Shown here: piece after piece, positions 14,738-25,156 of the stretch
How the letters are laid out: every line of letters starts with the position of its first letter
Numbering within the stretch: the first letter of the stretch is position 1
Virus record (IMG/VR): IMGVR_UViG_3300036770_005052
Span: 1-64,000 of that record
From: a virus
Length of the DNA stretch: 64,000 nt
Reading direction: 5' to 3' (one strand)
Translations under genes and position numbers: made by a program
The notes under the pieces: generated by a model
The model's input: only the letters and a program-made list of their open reading frames with translations
Databases searched by the model: none
Told to the model about the DNA's origin: nothing

Positions 14738-15072
14738 AGTCTCGGGATGACTATAAAAGCGCACTGGTCGGGAGCAAACCCCTTATGTCTAAATCTAGTA
14801 TCCTGAGGTATCTTGGGAACTTTCTTCTCATAATTGGTTATCAAACTATGTTGTGGGGAGATTTTAAATATGGTTTGCTGGTTAAAGTTATTGGAGGATT
14901 TCTAACAGTACCTTTTGCCATTAAACTTAAACTTTGGGATGTGCTATTTTTATGTGCATTCTTTGGTATTACCGAGATATCAAAGTTAACCCAACTTTTT
15001 TTGAGTCCTGGAATGACTTAAAACTTATACTGGTGGAGTCAATATGACCCTATGAATTGGTGGCGAGACTGA
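14738..15072 (+). repeat. Twice-repeated hairpin motif AGTC-N7-GACT..AAAA..CTGGT flanking a small ORF (possible manA/wcaG-like RNA)
   Basis: agtctcgggatgactataaaagcgcactggt (~14738) and agtcctggaatgacttaaaacttatactggt (~15004), upstream of gmd/fcl. Confidence 0.45.
14785..15021 (+). CDS. Small membrane protein
   Basis: Three short hydrophobic segments. Confidence 0.6.
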   Translation: MSKSSILRYLGNFLLIIGYQTMLWGDFKYGLLVKVIGGFLTVPFAIKLKLWDVLFLCAFFGITEISKLTQLFLSPGMT

Positions 15073-15137
15073 GTTATAAGGGTGGGTTGCATAAACCCAT
15101 CTTTTTTAGTATAATTATATTGTACATATATCTCTTT

Positions 15138-15800
15138 ATGATTATTAATAAATTTTATGTAAATAGTTTTGATAATAAAACTGATCTTTGTAAAATAGGA
15201 GCAAAGTATGGAACTGATAAGTCTCCGTATAATGATTTGACTGAAAAATATTATAGGCATTCTTATACACCTTTCTATTCTATTTTATTTTCAAAGTATA
15301 GATATCAAAAAATAAATTTTGGAGAAATTGGAATATTACATAATTCATCAATTAAAATGTGGAGAGAATATTTTTTAAATGCAACCATATATGCTTGGGA
15401 TGGGCATAATGGTCATATTGAAAATGGTAAAAGAAATAATTTAAATAATGTATTTTATGATTATATGCATACAACTTTTGAAGAATCAATCAAAGAGTCA
15501 TTTGTAAAATCTAATGTCAAATTTGATATATTAATAGATGATGCTAGTCATTTGTTTTGGGATCAAATTAGATTAATTAGAGGATGTGTTCAATACTTAT
15601 TACCTGGATCTCTTTTAATAGTTGAAGATATTGATAAAAATAATTCTGAACAGTTATATATTGATGAAATAAAAAATTATGGTCATGATAAGTATTATGA
15701 TGAAATTTCTTTTATAGAATTTAATCATAATAATAAAAATTTGATTGATTATGATAATGATAAAATTTTACTAATGACTAGATCAAACTATGATGTTTAA
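15138..15800 (+). CDS. Class I SAM-dependent methyltransferase (sugar O-methyltransferase-like)
   Basis: KYGTDK, EIGI, FDILIDDASH, LIVED motifs. Confidence 0.75.
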   Translation: MIINKFYVNSFDNKTDLCKIGAKYGTDKSPYNDLTEKYYRHSYTPFYSILFSKYRYQKINFGEIGILHNSSIKMWREYFLNATIYAWDGHNGHIENGKRNNLNNVFYDYMHTTFEESIKESFVKSNVKFDILIDDASHLFWDQIRLIRGCVQYLLPGSLLIVEDIDKNNSEQLYIDEIKNYGHDKYYDEISFIEFNHNNKNLIDYDNDKILLMTRSNYDV

Positions 15801-15809
15801 TATAAAATT

Positions 15810-16811
15810 ATGAAAACTGCATTAATTACTGGTATTACCGGACAAGATGGATCATATCTTGCGGAACTTTTATTGGAAAAAGGTTATGAAGTTCATGGAA
15901 TTATTCGTCGTGCTTCATTAATTAATACACATAGAATTGATCATATTTACGATCAGATTAAACTTCATTATGGAGATCTTACTGATTCTACAAATCTCGT
16001 AAGAGTTATTCAACAAGTTCAACCAGATGAGATTTATAATTTAGGTGCTCAGAGTCACGTTAAAGTCTCTTTTGAGATGCCTGAGTATACGGGACAAACT
16101 GATGGATTGGGAACTCTTCGTGTTCTTGAAGCGGTTCGTCTTTTGGGAATGGAGAACAAAACAAGAATTTATCAGGCATCTACGTCTGAGATGTTTGGTA
16201 AGGTTCAAGAAATCCCACAATCAGAAACAACACCTTTTTATCCTCGCTCACCTTATGGAGTTGCAAAAGTTTATGGATACTGGATCGTCAAAAACTACAG
16301 AGAATCTTATGGATTACATGCAAGTTCTGGAATTCTTTTCAATCACGAATCCCCTAGAAGAGGAGAAACTTTTGTCACAAGAAAAATCACTCGCGGATTA
16401 TCACGCATTTCAGTTGGCCAACAAGATGTATTATATCTCGGGAATCTGAATGCAAAGCGTGACTGGGGACACGCTAAGGACTTTGTAGAAGCAATGTGGT
16501 TAATGCTTCAACAAGATGAACCAGATGATTATGTGATTGCTACGGGAAATCAATACTCTGTGAGACAGTTTGTTGAAGAGGCAGCACCTTACTTTGGAAT
16601 GAAAATTGCTTGGGAAGGTGAAGGTATTGAAGAAGTTGGTATTGATAAACTTACTAAAAGAACCGTTGTCAAAGTGAGTCCTAAATATTTTAGACCTGCT
16701 GAAGTAGAAACCTTATTAGGTGATGCCACTAAGGCAAAAGAAAAATTAGGTTGGGAACCTAAAATTTCATTTAATCAATTAGTTGAGGATATGTGCATTT
16801 ATGGACAGTGA
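15810..16811 (+). CDS. gmd: GDP-mannose 4,6-dehydratase
   Basis: [40 protein letters not shown]. Confidence 0.97.
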   Translation: MKTALITGITGQDGSYLAELLLEKGYEVHGIIRRASLINTHRIDHIYDQIKLHYGDLTDSTNLVRVIQQVQPDEIYNLGAQSHVKVSFEMPEYTGQTDGLGTLRVLEAVRLLGMENKTRIYQASTSEMFGKVQEIPQSETTPFYPRSPYGVAKVYGYWIVKNYRESYGLHASSGILFNHESPRRGETFVTRKITRGLSRISVGQQDVLYLGNLNAKRDWGHAKDFVEAMWLMLQQDEPDDYVIATGNQYSVRQFVEEAAPYFGMKIAWEGEGIEEVGIDKLTKRTVVKVSPKYFRPAEVETLLGDATKAKEKLGWEPKISFNQLVEDMCIYGQ

Positions 16812-17733
16812 TTCTAAAATATTTGTTGCGGGACATAAAGGACTTGCTGGTTCTGCAATTGTTAGAGCGTTATTAAAAAATGGATTTACTAATGTCATTA
16901 CTAAATCTAAAAGTGAACTTGATCTTAGAAGTCAAAGTAATGTAAGGGACTTCTTCGAACAAGAAAAACCAGAGTATGTCTTTGATGCTGCGGCAAAAGT
17001 TGGTGGAATACATGCCAACGATACTTATTCTGCAGATTTTATCTATGATAACTTAACAATCCAAACAAATTTAATTGATAGTGCATATAGGTCTGGAGTC
17101 AAGAAGTTTTTGTTTTTGGGTTCAGTCTGCATTTATCCAAAGTTTGCTCCTTTGCCTATTGTTGAGGATTGTCTTCTCACAGGATTTTTAGAACCAACTA
17201 ATGAAGCATATGCGGTTGCTAAAATCTCTGGAATCAAAATGTGCCAGGCATATAAAAAGCAGTATGGGTTTAATACAATTTCTCTAATGCCTACAAATCT
17301 TTACGGACCTGGAGACAACTATCATCCAGAAAACAGTCACGTAATGGCTTCTATGATACGAAAGTTTTCTCACGCTAAAGATAATAATTTAGATGAGGTT
17401 ATCTGTTGGGGAGATGGAAGTCCTAAGAGAGAGTTTTTGTATTCTGATGATTTGGCAGAAGCGTGTTTAATCGCTATGCAGAATCTCAGTGAATATGATG
17501 TTATGAATGTCAGTACTGGTGAGGAAGTATCGATCAAAGAAACTGCAGAAATTGTTTCTGAAGTAGTTGGTTATTCTGGTAAAATTTCTTGGGATACTAC
17601 AAAACCCAACGGTACTATCAAGAGACCTCTATACGTGGATAAAATTAAATCTCTTGGATGGAAACCAGAAATTACTCTTCGTGAAGGTGTTCAATCCGCT
17701 TATAATTGGTATAAAAAAAATGTTATCATTTAA
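16801..17733 (+). CDS. fcl: GDP-L-fucose synthase
   Basis: [37 protein letters not shown]. Confidence 0.95.
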   Translation: MDSDSKIFVAGHKGLAGSAIVRALLKNGFTNVITKSKSELDLRSQSNVRDFFEQEKPEYVFDAAAKVGGIHANDTYSADFIYDNLTIQTNLIDSAYRSGVKKFLFLGSVCIYPKFAPLPIVEDCLLTGFLEPTNEAYAVAKISGIKMCQAYKKQYGFNTISLMPTNLYGPGDNYHPENSHVMASMIRKFSHAKDNNLDEVICWGDGSPKREFLYSDDLAEACLIAMQNLSEYDVMNVSTGEEVSIKETAEIVSEVVGYSGKISWDTTKPNGTIKRPLYVDKIKSLGWKPEITLREGVQSAYNWYKKNVII

Positions 17734-18526
17734 TAGTATTGGTAATTTGGGAAGAATTGGAAATCAAATGTTCCAATTTGCATCATTAAAAGGTATATCT
17801 AGGAATCGTGGATATGATTTTTGTATTCCTCCACGCGAATACTTTGGTGTAAATGATGACAATGTAAAGTCATCAGATTTGATTATGTATGATTTATTTC
17901 ATATTGAAGAAAATAATAATATGTCTCTAGGTAATTTTCCGAGATTACCTGAAAGAATGTTTAGTTTTGACACTGAGTTATTTACTAATTGTCCAGATAA
18001 TGTTGACCTATTTGGATATTATCAATGTGAAAAATATTTTGAACATATAGAAGAAGAGATTAGAAAAGATTTTACTTTTAAAGATCAAATACAAGAGATT
18101 TCTAAAGATTGTTTTGATCAGTTGTTTTCAAATAAAGAAGTAATTTCATTACATATTCGTAGAGGTGATTATGTAATTAATCCAAATCATCCATTACAAA
18201 CTCTAAATTATTATGAAAGTGCATTAAAAAACTTTGATGAAGATATTCCTGTTTGTATTTTTTCTGATGATCCTGAGTGGTGCTATCAACAAAAGATATT
18301 TGAGTCTGATAGATTTTTTATATCAGATACTAAAAACACTGGGATTGATCTTTGCTTAATGACAATGTGTACTTATCATATAATTGCTAATAGTTCTTAT
18401 AGTTGGTGGGGTTCTTACCTTGCTAAAAGTAAGAAGACAGTTGCTCCTAGTGATTGGTTTGGTGATGAATTAAAAAAAACAAAAGATATTAAAGATTTGC
18501 ATCGACAAGGATGGGAGATTATTTGA
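17720..18526 (+). CDS. Alpha-1,2-fucosyltransferase (GT11)
   Basis: GRIGNQMFQFA, SLHIRRGDY, FSDD, IIANSSYSWWG. Confidence 0.92.
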   Translation: MLSFNSIGNLGRIGNQMFQFASLKGISRNRGYDFCIPPREYFGVNDDNVKSSDLIMYDLFHIEENNNMSLGNFPRLPERMFSFDTELFTNCPDNVDLFGYYQCEKYFEHIEEEIRKDFTFKDQIQEISKDCFDQLFSNKEVISLHIRRGDYVINPNHPLQTLNYYESALKNFDEDIPVCIFSDDPEWCYQQKIFESDRFFISDTKNTGIDLCLMTMCTYHIIANSSYSWWGSYLAKSKKTVAPSDWFGDELKKTKDIKDLHRQGWEII

Positions 18527-19257
18527 TGTCTGATCTCACTGTTATACTTCCTTGTGCTGGAGAAGGAACTCGTTTATCTCTCCCATTTCCAAAAGAAGTT
18601 TTTTCAATAGAAAAACATAAATCGTTAATTGATTATAGTTTTGATTTATTTTCAAACTATGGACGTAGAGATGTTCAGTTTGTTATTACTTTAAATGAAA
18701 ATAAGACTGAAATTATTAAGTACTTAAGTCGTTATAAGCATAGATTTAATATTTCATTTACATATTTTAATCCAACTGAAACCGAATATACTGGATCTAT
18801 CAAAAGTGCTAAACATCTTTTTGGTGAGAAAAATTTAGTTCTTCTTCCAGATACTTTCTTGAAAATGAAAACATCTGAAGATATTCTTGAATTAGTAAAT
18901 ACTAGTTTAAATGAAACTGGATTTACTTTCTTTTTTAAAAGAGAAAAATTTCATGATATGCTAAGGACAAAAGGAGCACTTATAATTTCTGAAGATAATT
19001 TAGTTCTTGATTATGAAGATAAACCACAAGAAAATCTTGATAGATTTAATTCTTTTTGGTGTGCTTTTGCATTTAGAAAAAGAGTTTTTGATTCCTGTAT
19101 AGAATTTATGGAAAAGTCAACTCTTAATCATAGATTATTAGTTGATGAGATTAAAAATACACCAATATATAATTCAAAGGCAATCGAAGTTGACGAATAT
19201 ATCGATCTTGGAACTTGGGAACAAATCTATAAATTCATTTCAGAAAAAAATGGATAA
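18526..19257 (+). CDS. Sugar-phosphate nucleotidyltransferase
   Basis: ILPCAGEGTRL..PK, LLPD, EDKP, YIDLGTW. Confidence 0.85.
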   Translation: MSDLTVILPCAGEGTRLSLPFPKEVFSIEKHKSLIDYSFDLFSNYGRRDVQFVITLNENKTEIIKYLSRYKHRFNISFTYFNPTETEYTGSIKSAKHLFGEKNLVLLPDTFLKMKTSEDILELVNTSLNETGFTFFFKREKFHDMLRTKGALIISEDNLVLDYEDKPQENLDRFNSFWCAFAFRKRVFDSCIEFMEKSTLNHRLLVDEIKNTPIYNSKAIEVDEYIDLGTWEQIYKFISEKNG

Positions 19258-19834
19258 AAAAATAATTGTTGATTGTGATGGTGTACTTTTAGATTGGGCA
19301 TATGCATTTGATGTTTGGATGGGTGAGCATGGATATCAGAGAATACAAAACACTAATCAACATTATGGGCAAGCGTTAAGATATGGAATAACTGAAGATG
19401 AAGCGTCTAGACAAATTAAAAAATTTAATGAGTCTGGATGTGTTGGATTTATCCCTGCTTATAAAGATGCTGTTGAATATGTAACTAAGTTACATAGATT
19501 AGGATGGAAATTTGAAGTTATAAGTTCTCTAGACAAAGATAAGTACGCTCAAAGACTTAGAGAAAAAAATTTATTTCATCTTTTTGGAAATGTATTTGAT
19601 TTTATTGATTGTGGTTTGGATTATAATATAGGTAAAGAAAAATATTTAATAGACAGATATTCTGGAAAAGAATATTATTGGATTGAAGATTCTGTTAAAA
19701 ATGCTGAGTCGGGATTGAAAGCAGGACTAATAAGTGTTATAATGGATAATGATTATAATAAGGAGTGGCAAGGACTCCGAGTTAAAAATTGGAAAGATAT
19801 TTATCAGTTAATACCAAATGACCCCACATATTGA
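19250..19834 (+). CDS. HAD-family hydrolase (T4 gp30.2 / 5'-nucleotidase-like)
   Basis: VDCDGVLLDW, WIEDS...N motifs. Confidence 0.82.
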   Translation: MDKKIIVDCDGVLLDWAYAFDVWMGEHGYQRIQNTNQHYGQALRYGITEDEASRQIKKFNESGCVGFIPAYKDAVEYVTKLHRLGWKFEVISSLDKDKYAQRLREKNLFHLFGNVFDFIDCGLDYNIGKEKYLIDRYSGKEYYWIEDSVKNAESGLKAGLISVIMDNDYNKEWQGLRVKNWKDIYQLIPNDPTY

Positions 19835-20501
19835 AGCAAAATTAGAAGATTACGCAGAAACAGTATTAATGCCTGGTGATCCACTAAGAGCAAAATACAT
19901 TTCCGAATATCTTGATAATGTTGTACAAGTAAATTCTGTTAGAAATTGTTTAGGATATACTGGATCTTACAAAGGGAAAATAGTATCAGTTCAGGCAAGT
20001 GGAATGGGTCAACCTAGTTTGGCAATATATGCTTACGAACTTTATTCTTATTATAATGTAAAAAGTATTATTAGAGTTGGAAGTTGTGGTGGAATATCTA
20101 AAAAATTAAGTGTTGGGGATATTGTGGTTGCTATGAGTGCTTCTACTGATAGTTCTATGACTCAAAATATTGTTCCTGGATTTAATCTTTCTCCGTGCTG
20201 TGATTATTCTCTATTGAAAAAATATATGAACATAAATCCATCAGCAACTGTAGGGCAAATATTATCGAATGATTATTTTTATCATCCAAATAGTAATTGG
20301 TATAAACCATTTGTTGATCTTGGTATTTTGGCAGTCGATATGGAAACTCATGTTCTTTATAGTCTTGCAATGAGGACAGGAAATAAAGCATTATCAGTTA
20401 ATACTGTTTCTGATCATTTACTTAATGGTGGGGAAATGACAAGTAAAGAAAGAGAAGTGGGATTAAATACTATGATTGAAACTGTACTTGAAAGTTTATG
20501 A
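19818..20501 (+). CDS. deoD: Purine nucleoside phosphorylase (DeoD type)
   Basis: MTPHI, VLMPGDPLRAKYI, GMGQPS, IIRVGSCG, VDME, TVSDH. Confidence 0.93.
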   Translation: MTPHIEAKLEDYAETVLMPGDPLRAKYISEYLDNVVQVNSVRNCLGYTGSYKGKIVSVQASGMGQPSLAIYAYELYSYYNVKSIIRVGSCGGISKKLSVGDIVVAMSASTDSSMTQNIVPGFNLSPCCDYSLLKKYMNINPSATVGQILSNDYFYHPNSNWYKPFVDLGILAVDMETHVLYSLAMRTGNKALSVNTVSDHLLNGGEMTSKEREVGLNTMIETVLESL

Positions 20502-21223
20502 AAATATCATTGTTTGTTTCTGGTTATCCTAGAACATTATTTTATAAATTCTCTGATAATTTAAAACTCATAAAAAACAAAGTCGGAGAATGTCAAATAG
20601 ATATTTTTTATTCATTATGGGATGATTTAGTTAGATATAATAAGATAAATGATCCTTGGCATTTTTTTGTCGAATCTTATAATCCACCAGAATTAACAAA
20701 AAATATTATTGATGAATATTTTATTGAATGTGGTGCAAGTAAAGTTGATGGTGAAATTGAGTCTATTGAATTGATGAGAGAAATTATGGAAGAAAGTCCG
20801 TTTGATTATCAAAAATCTCTTTCTTCGCAGTATTATAAAACATACAAAGTAGTTGAAAAATATTTCAACTTAGACTATGATTTTTATGTAAGAATAAGAC
20901 CAGATATTATTATTAATGATTTTCCGTCAAAAGATAAAATAAACGAAATGCAAAATAAAAAGTCATTACTTGTTAATGATTATTATTGGTACAACGCTCC
21001 ATACAAAGGAGATCATGTAAATGAAATGGTATGGGCATCTACAAAGGATGTATTTTATATTACTAATGCTATGTTTTTAGAACAAAATAATATAGAAAAA
21101 CAAAGAGGTGGTGGAGATGGATGTGGAGAACGTCATAGTGCCAGATATTTTAATAGTTTACTTGATTCGAATATTTTAAATTCAATAGAATCGTTTAATT
21201 TTGATTATAGGGTTTTCAGATGA
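20498..21223 (+). CDS. Putative glycosyltransferase
   Basis: KISLFVSGYPR and YDFYVRIRPD motifs; operon context. Confidence 0.55.
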   Translation: MKISLFVSGYPRTLFYKFSDNLKLIKNKVGECQIDIFYSLWDDLVRYNKINDPWHFFVESYNPPELTKNIIDEYFIECGASKVDGEIESIELMREIMEESPFDYQKSLSSQYYKTYKVVEKYFNLDYDFYVRIRPDIIINDFPSKDKINEMQNKKSLLVNDYYWYNAPYKGDHVNEMVWASTKDVFYITNAMFLEQNNIEKQRGGGDGCGERHSARYFNSLLDSNILNSIESFNFDYRVFR

Positions 21224-21876
21224 AATTAGATCTTAGAGAAGTTCCAGCAGTATACATGAACTTGGAAAAGCATACTGAAAAAAATGAAAGTATGTATTCA
21301 ATGTTAAATGGAATGGGATTTAAAAATATCAATAGAGTTGAAGGTGTTTTAGATTCTGAAAATTCTGTTGCTGGTTGTTCTAAAGCACATCATAAAGCAC
21401 TTTGTAATTTTAAGACTCCATTTATTCTTTTTGAAGATGATTGTGGAATTGCTTATGATGACTATAATTTAGAAATTGAAATTCCTGATAATGCTGATGC
21501 AGTTTATTTGGGTGTCTCTGACTGGGGAAGGATGAATAGCCATAATGGATTTTATAATCAATATGATCTCAATGAAGATCATAATAATTTATTGAGAATA
21601 TATAATATGCTTGGTGGACATGCAGTATTATATTTGTCTGAAATTTATAGAGAAATGTGTGTTAGAATTGCATATCATGCGGGATATGTAATCAAAAACT
21701 ATCAAGATGTTGGATTTGCAGAAATACAAAGATGGTTTAATGTCTATTGTTTTAATAGACCAATGTTCTATCAAGTAGATCATCCTATTGGAACTAGGAA
21801 TCTTCTTACTTCATATCAAACTACAGCATGTATGAATATTAATCCCTCACAGTTTTATCCTTATACAATAAAATGA
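21220..21876 (+). CDS. GT25-like glycosyltransferase
   Basis: YMNL, GCSKAH, ILFEDD. Confidence 0.7.
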   Translation: MKLDLREVPAVYMNLEKHTEKNESMYSMLNGMGFKNINRVEGVLDSENSVAGCSKAHHKALCNFKTPFILFEDDCGIAYDDYNLEIEIPDNADAVYLGVSDWGRMNSHNGFYNQYDLNEDHNNLLRIYNMLGGHAVLYLSEIYREMCVRIAYHAGYVIKNYQDVGFAEIQRWFNVYCFNRPMFYQVDHPIGTRNLLTSYQTTACMNINPSQFYPYTIK

Positions 21877-22790
21877 ATAATAGAAAAGTAATTATCTGGG
21901 GGCATAAATTCCCAAGCGATACATATTTTTATATTCAAAATGCCTATCATAGGGCATCAAAATATATTGGTTTTGATACCCATTGGTTTGATGATAATGA
22001 TGATGTTTCTTCATTTGATTTTTCAAATTCAATTTTTATTACGGAACATCGTGCTAGAAATAATATGCCAATCTTAGAAGATTGTGTATATTATGATCAT
22101 TTTTCGGACGAACCTTTTGAAAATAAAAATAGACCAGAGCACCCAAATTATTATAACTTTGCATTTTTTGGAGACAGTTGGAATTGGCCTCCAGAAGAAG
22201 AGTTAGTAGAAATCGGTACAAAACATTTTTTCCATAAAAAAACAAATACTTTAATTACTATTTGGGGTACAGATCTTCTTCCTTCAGAAATTAACTCTTT
22301 AGAACCTAAATTGCATGACGAAAGTTTAAATAACATTTATTTCGTTGGAACAATTCACGGAGAAAATAATTTAAACTTTGAAAGAATATGTAATTCAAAT
22401 GGTAAATATTTTACAAGAGCAGGTGGATGGTTTGCGATTGATTATGGAACTCCTTTAACTATAGAACAAAATATAGAAATAGTTAGAAATTCTTATATTT
22501 CTTTTGATATTAGAGATACTGCTCATCTTTATGAGCATGTAAGATATTATCCTTGTCGTTTATTTAAAAATATTAGTTATGGTAAGTGGAGTGGATCTAA
22601 TGTTCCTGCAATTGCAGATGTTTTTGGAGACTACTACACTACAGATTCTGACTTAGAAACTTTGTATCATAAGTTGGTTGAAGATTCTAGAAATTGTACT
22701 TATGAAAAAATGAGAAGTGCTATGGACTTCGTTAGGGATCATCATACATATGTTAGTAGATTAAAAACAATGTTTTCTATTTTGGTTTGA
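21873..22790 (+). CDS. Putative GT-B glycosyltransferase (CgeB-like C-terminus)
   Basis: YYPCRLFKNISYG...HHTYVSRL. Confidence 0.6.
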   Translation: MNNRKVIIWGHKFPSDTYFYIQNAYHRASKYIGFDTHWFDDNDDVSSFDFSNSIFITEHRARNNMPILEDCVYYDHFSDEPFENKNRPEHPNYYNFAFFGDSWNWPPEEELVEIGTKHFFHKKTNTLITIWGTDLLPSEINSLEPKLHDESLNNIYFVGTIHGENNLNFERICNSNGKYFTRAGGWFAIDYGTPLTIEQNIEIVRNSYISFDIRDTAHLYEHVRYYPCRLFKNISYGKWSGSNVPAIADVFGDYYTTDSDLETLYHKLVEDSRNCTYEKMRSAMDFVRDHHTYVSRLKTMFSILV

Positions 22791-22794
22791 ATTT

Positions 22795-23499
22795 ATGAAA
22801 ATTTGTATTCTGAACATTGCGACAAACAAATATATTCAGTTTGTTGAACCTCTTCTCGATTCTATCGAAGAGAATTTTTTAAACGGTCATGACATCTCTG
22901 CATTAGTTTTTACTAATCATGAAATTGAAGAGACCTCTGATAATGTAAAAATTTCTCAAATAGAACATGAGCAGTGGCCCATTCCCACTTTAAAAAGATA
23001 TCATTATTTTCTAAAAGAAAAGGAATATATCTCTCAGTTTGATTACTGCTTCTATATGGATGTAGATATGCGAATTGAGGGTAAAGTTGGGGATGAAATT
23101 TTAGGAGATCTTGTTGCAACTCAGCATCCTGGTTTTTGGTTTAAGACCAATCAAGAATTTTCATATGAGCGTCGTTCAGAGTCAACTGCATATGTTCCTT
23201 TTGGTGAAGGAAAGATGTATTATGCTGGAGGATTTAATGGTGGAAAAACAGAACATTTTTTGAAGATGACGGAAACTATTGTTTCTAATATTGAAAAAGA
23301 TTTTAAAAATGGTCTGATTGCAGTTTGGCATGACGAATCTCATATGAATCGTTATTTAATTGATAATCCACCATCATTGGAATTAAACCCATCATATTGT
23401 TATCCTGAAGCAGTTAGATTCAATCCTGATGGATGGAATGTTCCTTTTGAACCTAAGATTGTTGCTCTTGAAAAAAATCACTCGGAAGTTAGAAAATGA
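22795..23499 (+). CDS. GT6 family (ABO-type) alpha-1,3-Gal/GalNAc transferase
   Basis: IATNKY, VFT, YMDVD, HPGF, YYAGGFNGG, WHDESH.NRY. Confidence 0.92.
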   Translation: MKICILNIATNKYIQFVEPLLDSIEENFLNGHDISALVFTNHEIEETSDNVKISQIEHEQWPIPTLKRYHYFLKEKEYISQFDYCFYMDVDMRIEGKVGDEILGDLVATQHPGFWFKTNQEFSYERRSESTAYVPFGEGKMYYAGGFNGGKTEHFLKMTETIVSNIEKDFKNGLIAVWHDESHMNRYLIDNPPSLELNPSYCYPEAVRFNPDGWNVPFEPKIVALEKNHSEVRK

Positions 23500-24407
23500 T
23501 TAAAAAAGTTGTTATTTGGGGTTATCCTCCTGATACTCATACACATTCTTATATTCATTTAGGATTTGCAAAAGCTTTTTCTGAAATGGATTATGATGTT
23601 GTTTGGTATGACGATTCTCCAGAATATTCAAATGAAGATTTGCAAGATTCGATAGTTATTACTGAACATAACTGTTGCAAATATATGCCTTTTGAAAAAA
23701 CATCAAAATATTTTATTCATAATATTGAAGATGGTTTTTATAAGCAAAATAAGTTTGAACAAGAAAATGTTTATAATCTTTTAGTTTATCATGAAAATTA
23801 TAATTGGAATGAAAATATAAGTAAATTAAATGATTTCTCGTGGTTTGATAGTGAAACCAATACTGCTGTTATTATGTGGGCATCTGATCTGACCTCTAGT
23901 GAAATTGATGAACAAGTGGAAGTTTTATTTGATTCGACAAAAAACAATGTAAATTATATTGGATCAATCACGTATGAGTATTCAAAGGATTTAATTGAAA
24001 CTGTAAAATCCAATAATAAGAAATTTATTAATTATGGTGGATATACGGGGACAAGAAGTAAAACTACAACATCTGGATTTACAAGTAATGGTGAGATGAT
24101 GGAACTTACTAAAGAATCTTATTTGAATTTTGACATTAGACCGAAGTGTCATCTTGATAATGGATATGTTCCTTGTAGAATATTCAAAACAATGAGTTAT
24201 GGTTGTTGGGTTGGGTCGAATTCTGAAAAAATTTCTAAATTTTTTGGTGATAGAATAACTGTGAATTCTAACCTTACTGATTTGTACTATCAGACAGAAC
24301 AAGATAGTAAAAAAGCTACTAAAGAAATTTTAAGAGATAACATGAATTATATAAAACAACACCACACTTATATTAATCGAGTTGAAAGTATTTTATCCGT
24401 TTTATGA
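23496..24407 (+). CDS. Putative GT-B glycosyltransferase, paralogue of 21873-22790
   Basis: VVIWG...YVPCRIFKTMSYG...HHTYINRV. Confidence 0.6.
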   Translation: MIKKVVIWGYPPDTHTHSYIHLGFAKAFSEMDYDVVWYDDSPEYSNEDLQDSIVITEHNCCKYMPFEKTSKYFIHNIEDGFYKQNKFEQENVYNLLVYHENYNWNENISKLNDFSWFDSETNTAVIMWASDLTSSEIDEQVEVLFDSTKNNVNYIGSITYEYSKDLIETVKSNNKKFINYGGYTGTRSKTTTSGFTSNGEMMELTKESYLNFDIRPKCHLDNGYVPCRIFKTMSYGCWVGSNSEKISKFFGDRITVNSNLTDLYYQTEQDSKKATKEILRDNMNYIKQHHTYINRVESILSVL

Positions 24408-25156
24408 AATTAAATTTACTTGATATTCCAATTTATTATGTAAATTTGGATGATGAAGATCAAAAAAGAAAAAATACTGAATCGATGCTTAAATGTATTG
24501 GATTCAAATATGTCAATAGAGTTTCTGCCATAAAACACGAAAAGGGCAGAATTATTGGATGTGCAAGATCCCACTATGAAGTTTTAAAGGACACAAAACC
24601 TCCTTTTATCATTATTGAAGATGATTGTGCTCTCAATAAAGACTTTGTAAATGAAATCGAAATTCCAGATGATGCCGATGCTCTCTATCTTGGAATTTCA
24701 CATTGGGGTAGGTATCTCAATCATTCTGGACCTTATGTCCATTATCAAAGTGTAAATGATGAGATTGTAAGAGTTTACAACATGCTTGCAACTCATGCAA
24801 TTATGTATTTGTCACAACAGTATGTTGACATTTGTAAAAGGATATCTTATCATTATGGTTATGAAGTAGAAGGTCATCTTGATATTGGATTTGCAGAAAT
24901 CCATAAGTTTTATAATGTTTACAGTTATGATGAACCTCTCTTTAGACAATATGATTGGAGTGCAGTAACGTCTGGAAAACTGAGTGAAGTTTCAATTGAT
25001 AAGGAAAAATCTGAGTCCTTATTCAATAACATTTTGAAGTCAGATGAAAATTATTATAAACTCAATTCGGAATTCAAATCTCCAATCAAACCTCTTATCG
25101 AAATGAGAGATGTAAATGGAATTCCAGGATACTATTTACCAACGAGGATAATGTAA
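24404..25156 (+). CDS. GT25-like glycosyltransferase, paralogue of 21220-21876
   Basis: YVNL, GCARSH, IIIEDD, RVYNML. Confidence 0.7.
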   Translation: MKLNLLDIPIYYVNLDDEDQKRKNTESMLKCIGFKYVNRVSAIKHEKGRIIGCARSHYEVLKDTKPPFIIIEDDCALNKDFVNEIEIPDDADALYLGISHWGRYLNHSGPYVHYQSVNDEIVRVYNMLATHAIMYLSQQYVDICKRISYHYGYEVEGHLDIGFAEIHKFYNVYSYDEPLFRQYDWSAVTSGKLSEVSIDKEKSESLFNNILKSDENYYKLNSEFKSPIKPLIEMRDVNGIPGYYLPTRIM

